From contig VJWM01000011.1 of the NCBI GenBank assembly GCA_010909165.1, positions 682,001-746,000 of the forward strand: a stretch of 64,000 nucleotides of DNA, read 5' to 3'. A program made the translations under genes and the position numbers. Each line of letters starts with the position of its first letter. Positions within the stretch are counted from its first letter, which is position 1. The notes below the pieces were generated by a model, which saw nothing but the letters and a program-made list of their open reading frames with translations, did no database searches and was not told the DNA's origin. Shown here piece after piece: positions 37,001 to 49,200 of this stretch. This DNA is from Anthoceros angustus. Lineage: Eukaryota > Plantae > Anthocerotophyta.

Positions 37001-39350
37001 TTGTGCTGGAGGAGCTGAATCTGTATGGCTACAAGGGGTTTGGGAGGCACCCTGCCTGCAGGCATTGACTGTCATGGAGAGATGCTATTTCATTGGACTT
37101 GCTGGGTCTGCAACATCTGGGATTGAGTGCAGAAGGACTGGGTGTCATCGCTGCAGCCCTTGGACGCAACCGCAGCTCAGTGCTGTCCAGATTGTCTCTT
37201 TGTGGGAACGACATCGGGAATGCTGTCGGGCGCAACACTTGGCCGACATCCTTACCTCGCCCAAGCTCCGCAATCTATGGATGAGCAACATAGGCATGAA
37301 CGAGGAAGGAGCCGTGGTGATTGCACAGGCCCTGGCGCATACCACTACACTGGCTGGGCTTAGAATCGGAGATCCTGCGCCCCGGAATCCAAACCAGCCC
37401 GCGCCCATGTTCCTCGTTCCATTGCTCCAAGCTTTGGTGTGGCACACCCTGGCGGATCCTCCAGCTGCTGTTTCTGGCAATCACTCCATCACACGGCTTG
37501 TCCTCGAGTGTCCGGGAGGCCAGGAGGCTGTGGAGCCGGGGCTGGGAGAAGCCCTGGCTCAGGTGCTTCGCACCAACCGGGCTCTGAAAGACCTCACACT
37601 ATCCAGCTTCTTCGTCACACGCGGATTGGGAGCTCTGCGGGAAAACAGCAGCATCACCAAACTCCTGGTGTTCCACTCGCGGCAGTCGGAGGATGATGAC
37701 ATGGATCCCAACCTGACCGCCATCCTGGATGAGTGCAAGACTGTTGAGGAGGTGCAGATCCGGTTTGACAAGCCCTTTGGTCCGTCCAGCTTCACCAAGG
37801 CGTTTTTCAAGGGTTGCTGCAGAAAACCGCAGCATCAACAGGCTGGTGTTGGATGGCTGGGATGGGCTGGACGACGAGATGTTTGAAGACCTGATTCAAT
37901 CCCTGTCCACCAACACCAACACCCACCTCAGGCTGGATCACATCTCCATCAAGGGCACCTCATGGGAAAAGCAAGGCAGGGGCGAACGTCTGGAGAAAGC
38001 GTTGGGAGCTGCGCGAGTGCAGCCGCAGCTGCGTGCGTTGCTCGCAGACTTGGAGTCCGAGTCGCCAGTGCTGCAAGAACTCCCATCTGTGGATTTGTGG
38101 GAAGCTATTTCGATTGCCTTTGCCAGGAGGCCTACAGGGAGTGTCAACACCGGGGCAGTGGCAGTGGTACGTACGCCTGCGCCTGCTCACAGCTATCGGC
38201 AAATGCCGGTCGCTGAGGAAGATTCATCTGAATCCTCCGGGAGGATGGGCACTTACAGCGTGAGGGAGGTAGAGGCGCTGGCGCTGCTATCTGGCTTGCA
38301 ACACAACCTTGTGCTGGAGGAGCTGAATTTGCTTGGCTACGTGGGCTTTGGGACGGCACCCTGCAGGCATTGACTGGCGTCATGGAGAGATGCTATTTCT
38401 CATTGGACTTGCTGGGTCTGCAATATCTGGGATTGAGTGCAGAAGGACTGGGTGTCATCGCTGCAGCCCTTGGACGCAACCGCAGCTCAGTGCTGTCCAG
38501 ATTGTCTCTTTGTGGGAACGACATCGGAATGCTGTCGGGGCGCAACATTTGGCCGACATCCTGAGGAATTCGATCGCCCTCCGCAATCTCTGGATGAGCA
38601 ATATTGGCATGGATGAGGAAGGAGCCGTGCTGATTGCAGAGGCCCTGGCGAATACCACCACCCTGATCCGTCTCAGAATCGGAGACCCTGCGCCCCGGAA
38701 TCCGAAGCAGCCGGCGCCCATGTTCATTGGTCCAATTCTCGAAGCTTTGGTGTGGCACACGCCGGATTCGGAGAATCAGGAGGATTGTCATCCTCCTGCT
38801 TCTAGAGCCACTTCCAATCGCTCCATCAGGCTGCTTGTTCTTGAGTGCCCAGGAGGCCAGCAGGCCGTGGAGCCGGGACTGGGAGAAGCCCTGGCTCGGT
38901 GCTGCGCACCAACCGTGCTCTCACTGACCTCAGACTTGCCAGCTTCTTCGTCACACGCGGATTGGAAGCGCTACCTGAAAACAGCAGCATCACCCAACTC
39001 CAAGTAAGTCACACGCGGAATTCGGAGGATGATGACATGGATCCTATGCTGATCACGATTCTTCAGGAGTGCAAGAATGTCCAGCAGCTGCAGCTTCAGT
39101 TTTATAAGCCCTTTGGTCCATCCAACTTCTCCAAGGCGTTTTTCCAAGGGTTGCGGGATAATCGTAGCATCAAGACGCTTGTGTTGGATGACTGCGAAGG
39201 ATTGGATGACTACATGTTCCAGAACTTGATGCGGTCTCTGGGACGCAACTGCAACAACGTCCTGGAGAACATTTCCATCAAGAAAACAACCTGGGAAAGC
39301 GAAGGCAAAGGAATATACATCCAGAATGCTCTCTCAAGGAACATGCGCAG
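34100..39350 (+). repeat. Four tandem ~1.3-kb coding repeats (LRR supermodule)
   Basis: The anchor gcagctgcgtgcgttgct.gcaga..tggagtccga occurs at ~34107, ~35417, ~36727 and ~38026 (period ~1300-1310 bp). Copies 2 and 3 are near-identical; the 5' part of copy 1 and the 3' part of copy 4 are diverged. Confidence 0.95.
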
Positions 39351-40043
39351 AAGAAGCGCTGCTCCGCAGGGTAGGTGCCCCAAGCCAGTAGCTAGCTACC
39401 CTTGTCCTGATTTGTATCTACAGTCAGAACCCACAAACTCAGATGTATACTGACCCCTTCTCACTTGTGCAGGTTCGGAAGAAGTGCCACCACCGGTCAC
39501 GCAACTGTGGCAACCTCTGGTGCCGCAGCAGGTAATGAAACTACATGAATCCATGGATTTGATCCAACCACTTCCAAGCTGTTGTTGTTGTTGCAACTAG
39601 TTTGAATGCCTGTACCGAATGCACCACTTGATGCTGCTGCCGGCAGGCAGTCTGATGATTGACTGATTGGCTGTTTTGTTTTCACCACAATTTCCAGTTG
39701 CTGTTCCTGAGGAGCTCAGTGCCCTGCTTGCCGAGCTCGACTCACCTTCGCCCACACACTCAGTAGTCTTCCTCGTGTGAAGCGTTTGGGCACTTGTTCA
39801 AGAGGGACGTGGAACATCCACAGGTGGAACTTGAACTGCGCATGCGCCTTGAAGGCTATCGGAAATGCCCCACACTCAGATTCATAGATCTCGACCCTCT
39901 TGGGCGTCGAAATTACAGGGTGACGGTGGCAGAGGCGATGGCGCTGCTAGAAGGCCTGAGCTCGAATGCAATAGTGGAACGGCTGGACTTGAGTGGCTTC
40001 CTTGGTTTTGGAACAGGTGAAGTCTGCGCTGCAATCGCCGCTA

Positions 40044-43000
40044 TCTTGCAATCCAGCCGCACCTTGCAATTTCTGAATATGGGATACACTGGCATGACTG
40101 TCGAAGGACTGGCTTGCATTGCCCTGCTGCGACATAATCGCAGCACTGTGCTTCGCACCTTGTATCTTTCTGGAAACACGACTGTGGGAGAAGGTGTTGG
40201 AGCTCAACACCTGGCTGATATCCTGACCAGCACTCCCGCTCTTCGCAACCTGGGGATGTGGGATACAGGGATGGATGAGGCGGGAGCATTGATGATAGGG
40301 GATGCTCTGGCTCAGAACACCACACTTGACTGGCTGAACATAGGATTCAATCAAGCGTGGAGGCCAAAGCAGGCAGGGATGATGGCCACGCTGTTAGCTC
40401 GAGCATTCACCCTGGCATGCTGGACGCAGACCAGGAGGCTGAAGGTGTTGCTCCCAAGCTTCCTTCTGTTAACGAGTCTGTCACACATCTCCAGCTGGAA
40501 GTATGGGGAGCAGGACAGCAGCCTGTCATCGCTGAGTTGGGAGAAGCTGTGGCCCGCATGCTGCGGTCGAACATGACTTTAAGGCATCTCGATGTATGTA
40601 GCTGCTTTATAAGCCAGGGATTGGAGGGGCTGTGTGACAACAGCAGCGTTATCCGTGTGACAGTCCGACATGGTAGCTCTAGTGCTAAGGAGGACTACTG
40701 CAAGCTGATGCCAATACTGCAGAGTTGCCAGACAGTGGAAAGTTTACAATTAGCTCAGAACAGTTTGGGACCTTTGGGATCATCCGACCTCCCGAAGACG
40801 TTTTTCAAATCGTTGCAGGACAATCGTTACCTCAACAGGTTGGTGTTGGATGGCTGGAAAGGGTTGGACGACAATATGTTCCAAGACCTGTTGCGGGCTC
40901 TGCAAGTGAACACCAATTTGAAGAGTATATCGTTCGAGAACACTGTGTGGAAAAGTCAGGAAAAGGAGCTGCAGTGGATGAACTACTACGCCAAAACAGG
41001 GAATACCGGAAAGCTCTGGCAGGGCTCCAACAATGCCAGTGAAATCATGTCGCCTCGTACTTTGTGGATTTCCATATGCAGGTGAGCCACATGCTGAACC
41101 CAAAGTTTGTACATCCCCAAATGGCGTAGTTTGTGTCAGACTTCACTGCAGTTGTTTCTGTCTTCTACATCTGTTTTCTTGTCTTAACGTTGTTTTCGTC
41201 TCCGGAGTGTAATCGGTGGTAAATGTTGCTGTTTCAGGAAAACCACGATACGGAATACGTTGATGAGTATGCAAACACACGAAAACGATGTTGAGATGGA
41301 GGGTGAAACGATTTCGAAGCACATACCTCGAACCCTTGGGTTTGAGGTTGAGGTGATAAAAGATGGTCCAGCCTTGAGAATTACCGTTTGGGATCTTGCA
41401 GGGCACCGGAGTTTCATGCTCTTCACGATTTCGTCTTTCCTGCTGTGAATAACTCTTCTCTCTTCTTGTTTGTCTATAACCCGTTCAAATTTGGTGGTAA
41501 TTATTCAAGTGCGGAAATGAAGGATAGAAAGGATTTTCGAGATGAATTTATTTATTGGCTTAAATTTATTGCTTCCAACTCATGGTTAGCTCAACAGGTG
41601 AAACCTTATGTTCATGTGGTGGTAACATTTGGTGACAAGCTTGAAGGTAGGATGTCTTGCAATCCAGCCGCACCTTGCAATTTCTGAATATGGGATACAC
41701 TGGCATGACTGTCGAAGGACTGGCTTGCATTGCCCTGCTGCGACATAATCGCAGCACTGTGCTTCGCACCTTGTATCTTTCTGGAAACACGACTGTGGGA
41801 GAAGGTGTTGGAGCTCAACACCTGGCTGATATCCTGACCAGCACTCCCGCTCTTCGCAACCTGGGGATGTGGGATACAGGGATGGATGAGGCGGGAGCAT
41901 TGATGATAGGGGATGCTCTGGCTCAGAACACCACACTTGACTGGCTGAACATAGGATTCAATCAAGCGTGGAGGCCAAAGCAGGCAGGGATGATGGCCAC
42001 GCTGTTAGCTCGAGCATTCACCCTGGCATGCTGGACGCAGACCAGGAGGCTGAAGGTGTTGCTCCCAAGCTTCCTTCTGTTAACGAGTCTGTCACATCTC
42101 CAGCTGGAAGTATGGGGAGCAGGACAGCAGCCTGTCATCGCTGAGTTGGGAGAAGCTGTGGCCCGCATGCTGCGGTCGAACATGACTTTAAGGCATCTCG
42201 ATGTATGTAGCTGCTTTATAAGCCAGGGATTGGAGGGGCTGTGTGACAACAGCAGCGTTATCCGTGTGACAGTCCGACATGGTAGCTCTAGTGCTAAGGA
42301 GGACTACTGCAAGCTGATGCCAATACTGCAGAGTTGCCAGACAGTGGAAAGTTTACAATTAGCTCAGAACAGTTTGGGACCTTTGGGATCATCCGACCTC
42401 CGAAGACGTTTTTCAAATCGTTGCAGGACAATCGTTACCTCAACAGGTTGGTGTTGGATGGCTGGAAAGGGTTGGACGACAATATGTTCCAAGACCTGTT
42501 GCGGGCTCTGCAAGTGAACACCAATTTGAAGAGTATATCGTTCGAGAACACTGTGTGGAAAAGTCAGGAAAAGGAGCTGCAGTGGATGAACTACTACGCC
42601 AAAACAGGGAATACCGGAAAGCTCTGGCAGGGCTCCAACAATGCCAGTGAAATCATGTCGCCTCGTACTTTGTGGATTTCCATATGCAGGTGAGCCACAT
42701 GCTGAACCCAAAGTTTGTACATCCCAAATGGCGTAGTTTGCAGACTTCACTGCAGTTGTTTCTGTCTTCTCTACATCTGTTTTCTTGTCTTAACGTTGTT
42801 TTCGTCTCCAGTGTAATCGGTGGTAAATGTTGCTGTTTCAGGAAAACCACGATACGGAATACGTTGATGAGTATGCAAACACACGAAAACGATGTTGAGA
42901 TGGAGGGTGAAACGATTTCGAAGCACATACCTCGAACCCTTGGGTTTGAGGTTGAGGTGATAAAAGATGGTCCAGCCTTGAGAATTACCGTTTGGGATCT

Positions 43001-43263
43001 TGCAGGGCACCAGGAGTTTCATGCTCTTCACGATTTCGTCTTTCCTGCTGTGAATAACTCTTCTCTCTTCTTGTTTGTCTATAACCCGTTCAAATTTGGT
43101 GGTAATTATTCAAGTGCGGAAATGAAGGATAGAAAGGATTTTCGAGATGAATTTATTTATTGGCTTAAATTTATTGCTTCCAACTCATGGTTAGCTCAAC
43201 AGGTGAAACCTTATGTTCATGTGGTGGTAACATTTGGTGACAAGCTTGAAGGTAGGATGTCTT
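40044..43263 (+). repeat. Tandem duplication of ~1.61 kb (40044-41654 / 41655-43263) spanning late LRR and N-terminal Roc
   Basis: The junction ggatg-TCTT-gcaatcc at 41655-41658 shares TCTT with both parental ends (40044-40047 and 43260-43263). Confidence 0.92.
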
Positions 43264-44994
43264 CGTTTGCAATACAGTGTTGGTGATGAAGAAAAGTTCA
43301 TGGCTGTTGTGGAACATCCAATGAACCCACTTTCATCAATGGACAGAGTTGGAAAGATGTGTATGCACCACGCAGCCTTATAGAGGAAAAGCTACGCTTG
43401 TCAATAAATTGGCCCCAATTCCCAATATTTGTGAGCAGACCCGTATACATGTGCAAAGATGGGCTGAGGATCAACAAGGTATGCCAATCATTTCTTGAGA
43501 AGTTTAGTGAGTTGTTTCATAGCACATGGGCGGCAATAGGGCATCCACTCATCTCGAGGATTACAAGATTTCTTAGAGACTTCATGGACAAAGAGGATAG
43601 CTGGAAAGTAGTAGCATCATATCTCAAGGATTGTGGGAGATCATATATTTCCAAATGTCGCGACTTATGGTCATCAACCTCCGATGGTTAGGAATGGGCG
43701 TTTTGGTCAGCTGATTAGTATATTTGGTGAACGGACAATAGGCAAGATTGGCTTCAAGTTCAAAATGGGTTCATCAGCAAATATGGGTTGAGTAGCCTTC
43801 TAAAAATGTCTTTGAACAAGGTAGGGCTTGATGAAACCATTGTGAGCGAGGAACAATTCATCCAATTGATGCTTGAGTTACACCTTTGCCACGAAAGTAG
43901 AGATGAGGAAGGAGAAGTGCGTTATTTTGTTCCAATATGTATGTATAAAGAAGATGGATCAGGAGTTGACCAACAGTTAGTATGGCCTTCACACGGTGGT
44001 AATCTTCATGATTATATCTTTATGGGTTTGCGTCTACAATGTGATGATCAAGATTGTACATTCCTCACACCAGGATTTTTCCCTAGATTACAGGTTTGTA
44101 ACTTTTCTCAAGCTCACTATCTTTTTGTTTTATGTCCTTGGAAACTTCTTCTTTTGTTTATTATTATTATTGGCTGTTCACTAGTCTCATTGTTCCTATA
44201 TATTGTAGGTATTTTTATACACATATTGTTTGACAAAAGGCTGGGTTGATGAGGAAAGACCAATTGATTCAGGAATAAAATTGGAGCGTAATGTCCTTTT
44301 AATATCTGCAGAGGCACTGGATATTATTGTGGAATTTAATCCCGCAATCGGTTGCTACATAGATATATTGGCCCGATCTACTCAAGGCTATTTAGAGTCC
44401 ATGTCATTTCTGAAGGAACATATTGTATCTCAGATTCGGGCATTTTGTGCTTCGTATGAGGGTTGTGCAGGGGTCACACTGGTTGAAGGTGTTCTTCGAC
44501 ATGAATGTGTGGCATCCCTCACTCTATGCAGACATAGGAAACATGAGTGTATCCTGACAGATAAGCTAGTCAAAGCGGTGGCTGCTGCAAAGCACCGATG
44601 CTATGCTCACTACACGCAGTCTTGGAGAGCTATCTTTAATAGCAGCGTCGAGGGCTCTGCACTCATTTTAAAGGCCAACAAAGAGTATGCAACCGTGGTG
44701 GATGGTCATGTCATTTTGGGACAAAAAGAGGACCTTGTCAGAGCCGAAGCAGAGTTCCAAGGTTTGAAGCTCTCAATCCTGTGAATAGTCTGTTTTTTGC
44801 TAGGTGTCCTCATTCTGCACATGTAGTTTTCAGTAGCATTACACAAGTAGGCCATTTGTTCCAAACTCTGAGGCTGTACCTACTGCAGGATCAAAATCTA
44901 GCAGAAGATGTTGAAACTTCTACACTATCCGCAAGTAGTGCAAGTGCGAAAGAAGAACCCATTGTTGGGAGTAGTTATCCTAACCATGGTGGAA

Positions 44995-45710
44995 GGAAAC
45001 GAAGAGGTTTGGCAATGATTGTGAGTATGGAAGAGGAGACTGGAGGAGTCAGAGAGGCGACTTGAAGCTCTTTTGAGACTTTGGCATTTGATACGATATA
45101 TTAGTGGATGGTTCGAGAGTGTGAAAGCACGATTTAGGAGCGTACAAACTCCCTACCTAGCTAAGGACGATTGCTTTATGTTGCATCAATGCTCATGGGG
45201 GGATTGAAGAAGATGGCAGACAGTACATTCTCACAAGCGGAGCACGGCGGGAGAAGCTATATGTTGATGATGATATTTTGAAGCCCATCTCTGAATCCCC
45301 GTGGCTGAGAGACAAGCCCAAAGTGTTTCTGCTCAATGCTTGTCGAGGCACTGGTAGCCTTATCACAAGCGAGAAAGCTAAGGACTCTGAAGTTGAGAGT
45401 AGCCAAATTGTGAGCAAGAGAGCCGGAGAAGTCCGACTCCTGCATTCTGTGAAGGATTGTCTCATCTTCTTCTCGACCAGTCATGGACAACAGTCCTTTA
45501 GAGATGTTGAGAAAGGCACAAACTTTATCACAGCTTTGATGAAAGCCATCATTGTGGGTCTCAAGAAGGGATGATGTACAGATTTTAACATCGTGATTGC
45601 CGAGGTCACGGAGATAGAAGTCAAGCTCCCAAGTGAAGCGAAGGCGCCGAGAAGAGATCCCAATGTCGAGTTGTACTCCACACTCACAAAAAGCTTTGCT
45701 GGTCTTTACC
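44995..45710 (+). other. Caspase-type (peptidase C14A-like, p20+p10) domain of the Roco gene
   Basis: KRRGLAMIVS; ..LFETLAF; DDCF..CINAHG (His codon 45194-45196); WLRDKPKVFLLNACRG (Cys codon 45341-45343, same frame, 49 codons later); DCLIFFSTSHGQQSFRDVEKGTNFITAL; VELYSTLTKSF. Small indels lie in the p20 N-terminus and an in-frame TGA is at 45572-45574. Confidence 0.85.
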
Positions 45711-46258
45711 ATAAGTTCACTCACTTGGCCAACGGAGTTGTGTGGCCATGTTCCTTCATCCGTAATCGTAATAGAATCATCGTTCCCAACAAGACATTGT
45801 TGGTGCAGCTTCTAATGCGGTCTCATTTGTCCTTTTCTGCTCATTTCTTGTTCAGTGGCTCGCATACAATTTGGAGGAGAAACGACTCCTTCTGTGGATG
45901 AACCTGTAGGCAAGAGCTTATGGACTTTAGGGAGGAAAGAACAAGGGAGTTGTGGAGCTGTAGTTGTACTCTTTGGTTTCAAGAAGCAAGTCCGGATGTA
46001 AGCGTTCCTCGGATCAAATGACTTCTAGTCCTTTTGCATACTAGATGTGTGTCCATCTTCCTGAGCGGCCCAGGCGTTTGAGGCTTGCCTTTCTTTCACG
46101 ATGAGAAAACACAAAGCGGATAAAGACTCACGTAGCGGTGCCAAACCCTCACCTCCAGTGTTAGAGCTATGACATTTTCGCTATTGAAATGTGGATTAGG
46201 TTACTTTTCATGAATCACCGACAAAAGACAAACATGTATGTAAGTTTGTGTTGTCCTT

Positions 46259-49200
46259 CCGTTGTACCAAATTGACCAATCCATGTAATCTCTCGATCGC
46301 AAGGAAAAGTGCGCTATATTCTCGCCTGTGAGGAGAGGCGATCGTCAAAGCTTTTTGCTTTGCCAACTAGTAGTGATCCACATAAAAGTGTGCGATGTCG
46401 CTATCGACTTCTCGGCCGCCAACATCCTTAAAAGTGAGGTTGAAATTACTTGCCTTGGTATATGTTAGACATAAATGTCTAGTGCCTTTCAATTAGCGAG
46501 GATTCGCTTTAACAAAGGACCCAATGGCGCTTCTGTGGTTGGACAGAAACGTGAAACAATGCACGTAGCTTGTGAAATATCAGCCTTGTCCGGCCTGAGG
46601 TAAAGTAAATCACACAACTCGATAAGGGACAACCGCCATTTTTGCCTTGTCTAAATTACATCGCGCCTCGAGTGATAGCTTCACCTCGCAACCGGGTGGC
46701 TACTCAATTAATACCTTGCAGTTGAATTTAGATAAAATCGAATGAAATGCTCTTGATGTAATGTGATGATCCTGTAAGGTCGAAGAAGAACTGAATGCCC
46801 AATGCGAAACGAAGAGGGCCTACATCTGTCATATCCCACTCTTCGAAGAGCTGCTGCTTGACTTCTGTAAGGATTTCGTTGTCGCTTGCAAAAATGAAAT
46901 TATCATCAATGTAAAGGGCAATAATGCATAGCTGGTTGTTCTTGCACAGGATATAAATACTGCTATCGGCAGTAAGGGGCTCAAAACCTAAAACACGAAG
47001 CTTTGCATCTGCTCTTCCATTCGGATCGTGCGGTGCTTCGATTCCATCGACTTTATAAGCTCACATACTGTGTCGATCTAATACATAACCATGGCTGCGC
47101 ATGTAGATTGTTTATTCTAGAGGCCCATTTAGAATGCTGCTTTTACGTCCATCTGATGGACGATGAGTTTATGCTGAACAGCGAAACATAACAGAATTCT
47201 CATTGATGTCGGACTACGGGCTAAATGTCTCGTTATAATCGGGGCCTTGAACTTGGGTGTAGCCCCGTGCTACAAGGCGGGCCTTATATCTAGCAACAGA
47301 CCCATCAGGATGAAGCTTAAGTTTAAATACCCATTTTGAGGTAATAGCTTTCCGTCCTGCAGGCAATTTGACTAGCTTCCATGTGTGGTTATCTATCAAA
47401 GATTGGTACTCACTATCAATGGCTTTCTGCCAGTCTACCGTTTGGGGTGAACTAAGAGCTTCCTGAAATGTCATAGGCGTATCAAGAGGCTCCGTAATGG
47501 TAAGAGCAATGTGCTGAGCCATCTCTGCTAGACTACCTCGCACATTGTCTGAAGCATTTGGTGTTGCACGAGAAACAAATGAATCACCTGGTGTGTAGGG
47601 AGGTTCCAACCAGGCTTCTCTTGGACGATGTGTCCGTGCAGACCTACGTAAAGGTAACTGATCATGTAAAGGCTCTTGTTGTGGCTCATCAGCAACATGG
47701 ACAGGTGCTGGTAAATCAGGATCTAACATGTCATCAGCGAGATTGGGTGGACCAGGGTCATCATGATGCTGGAAAAGAGGCTGATCATCATCAGGTGGTA
47801 TGTCAATGTCAGGCTCATCAAAGTCAGGTGCTACAACTGTTGGTAAGGGTGCTACATAATTCAAAGGTTGAGGTTGACTTAAAGGTTCATCATCAAAATC
47901 TGACTGGTGGTATATGTTGTCTTCAAAATCTAACTGTACATACAGGTTGGTCAGTGAAAATTGCAGGAGGTGTGTGTCCATAGATGGAACCTGCAGGTAT
48001 GGGGTCGTCATGGCTAGTGCTAGTATGTGCATGTGAGTCTAGGATGAAAGCTTCATTAAAACTTACACTGCGAGCAATACATGTATTGCTATGTAAGGGA
48101 ACTATGTATAGTTCCCTTGTAAGGGGATTAAAAAGCTTATAGCCTTTGACTGTGTCGGAATAGCCGACGAACACATGTTTGGTTGCCTTGTTGTCCATCT
48201 TATAGTGCTTATCAGCAGGAATATAGGCATATGCCACAGCACCAAAAACTCGAAGGTGACCAATACGTGGCTTGTGTCCAGACCATCTTTCAAAAGGAAT
48301 TGTGTCGTACAGAGGTTTAAGGGGCAGCCGGTTGGCGACATAGTTGACAGAATCAACAGCTTCTGCCCAGTAACCCCTGGTAAGTCTTGCTATTGTAAGA
48401 GTTGCTCTTGAACGCTCCTGTAATGTGCGGTTATACCTTTCTGCATATGGATTCTGAGGAGGATGGTAGGGCACTGTCAACTCATGAATGATGCCCTTCT
48501 GCTTGCAGAATTCAGTAAATTCATGACTGAGGTACTCTTTGGCGTTGTCAGTCCGTAGGCGTTTGATGGTGGAGCCTATCTGAGTTTCTGCCATGGCTAC
48601 ATATTCCTGAAATTTGCTGAAGACTTGATGTCTATTGTGAAGGAAATAGAGCTTGCAAAAGTGGCTCTATTCATCTAAGAATGACAAGAAATACACTGCT
48701 CCTCCAAAGGATTGTGTAGACATGGGTCCACAAACATCCGAGTGTATGACTTCCAGTAAAGAGGTGGCTCTTGTAGGTGAGGGGTCATTGTAAGGCTTTT
48801 GAGTAAGTTTCCCAATTTGACAGCTTTTACAAAAGAGTGTTGCATCAGGTTTGAAAGTAAGCCCGTCTTTGTACAAGGCTTTATTTTTCACTACCCTATC
48901 TACATATGCTAGACTAGGGTGACCTAATCTACAGTGCCATAAGAAAGAGGGACTTACTGCTGGTTTAGCATCTGCTACATAGGCTTGCTGTGTGTTTGAC
49001 TGAACATGCTTGGTGGTAATGTGTAGATGATATAGGTCATGGTAAGGGAAACCATTAGCTAGGACCGGTGAAATGGCCGGAGACTACATATGAAGCTGGG
49101 GTAAATGTACCTGCAGTGCGATCACGGGTTAGTTTGTGTATTGAAAGCAAGTTTTTAGTCATACTAGGAACATGGAGTACCCTCTGTGAATGTTGTGTCC

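Larger units (their letters stand above)
34036..46258 (+). pseudogene. TORNADO1-like Roco gene: five ~430-aa RNI-type LRR modules - Roc GTPase - COR - caspase-type protease - unknown extension; disrupted in this sequence
   Basis: Start MADPSLPAG at 34036. LRR blocks include LSRLSLCGNDIG and LRNLWMSNIGMDEEGAVVIAQAL. Roc P-loop LVLCGFPYA|GKTT spans intron 42690-42841; ITVWDLAGHQEFHALHDFVFP; YWLKFIASNS; COR LQCDDQDCTFLTPGFFPRLQV. Many small frameshifts, a 1.6-kb internal duplication and a Copia at the 3' end. Some breaks may be consensus errors. Confidence 0.8.

Noticed and set aside
34036-44784. NLR (NB-ARC/NACHT) or a plain TORNADO1 orthologue
   Set aside because: The NTPase is a Roc GTPase with COR, not a STAND ATPase. 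The LRRs are amplified and a caspase follows COR, so no TRN1 symbol was assigned.
45182-45574. Ordinary plant metacaspase
   Set aside because: The motifs are KPKVFLLNACRG, SFR and STLTK (caspase p20/p10 type), not the metacaspase DxCHSG signature.
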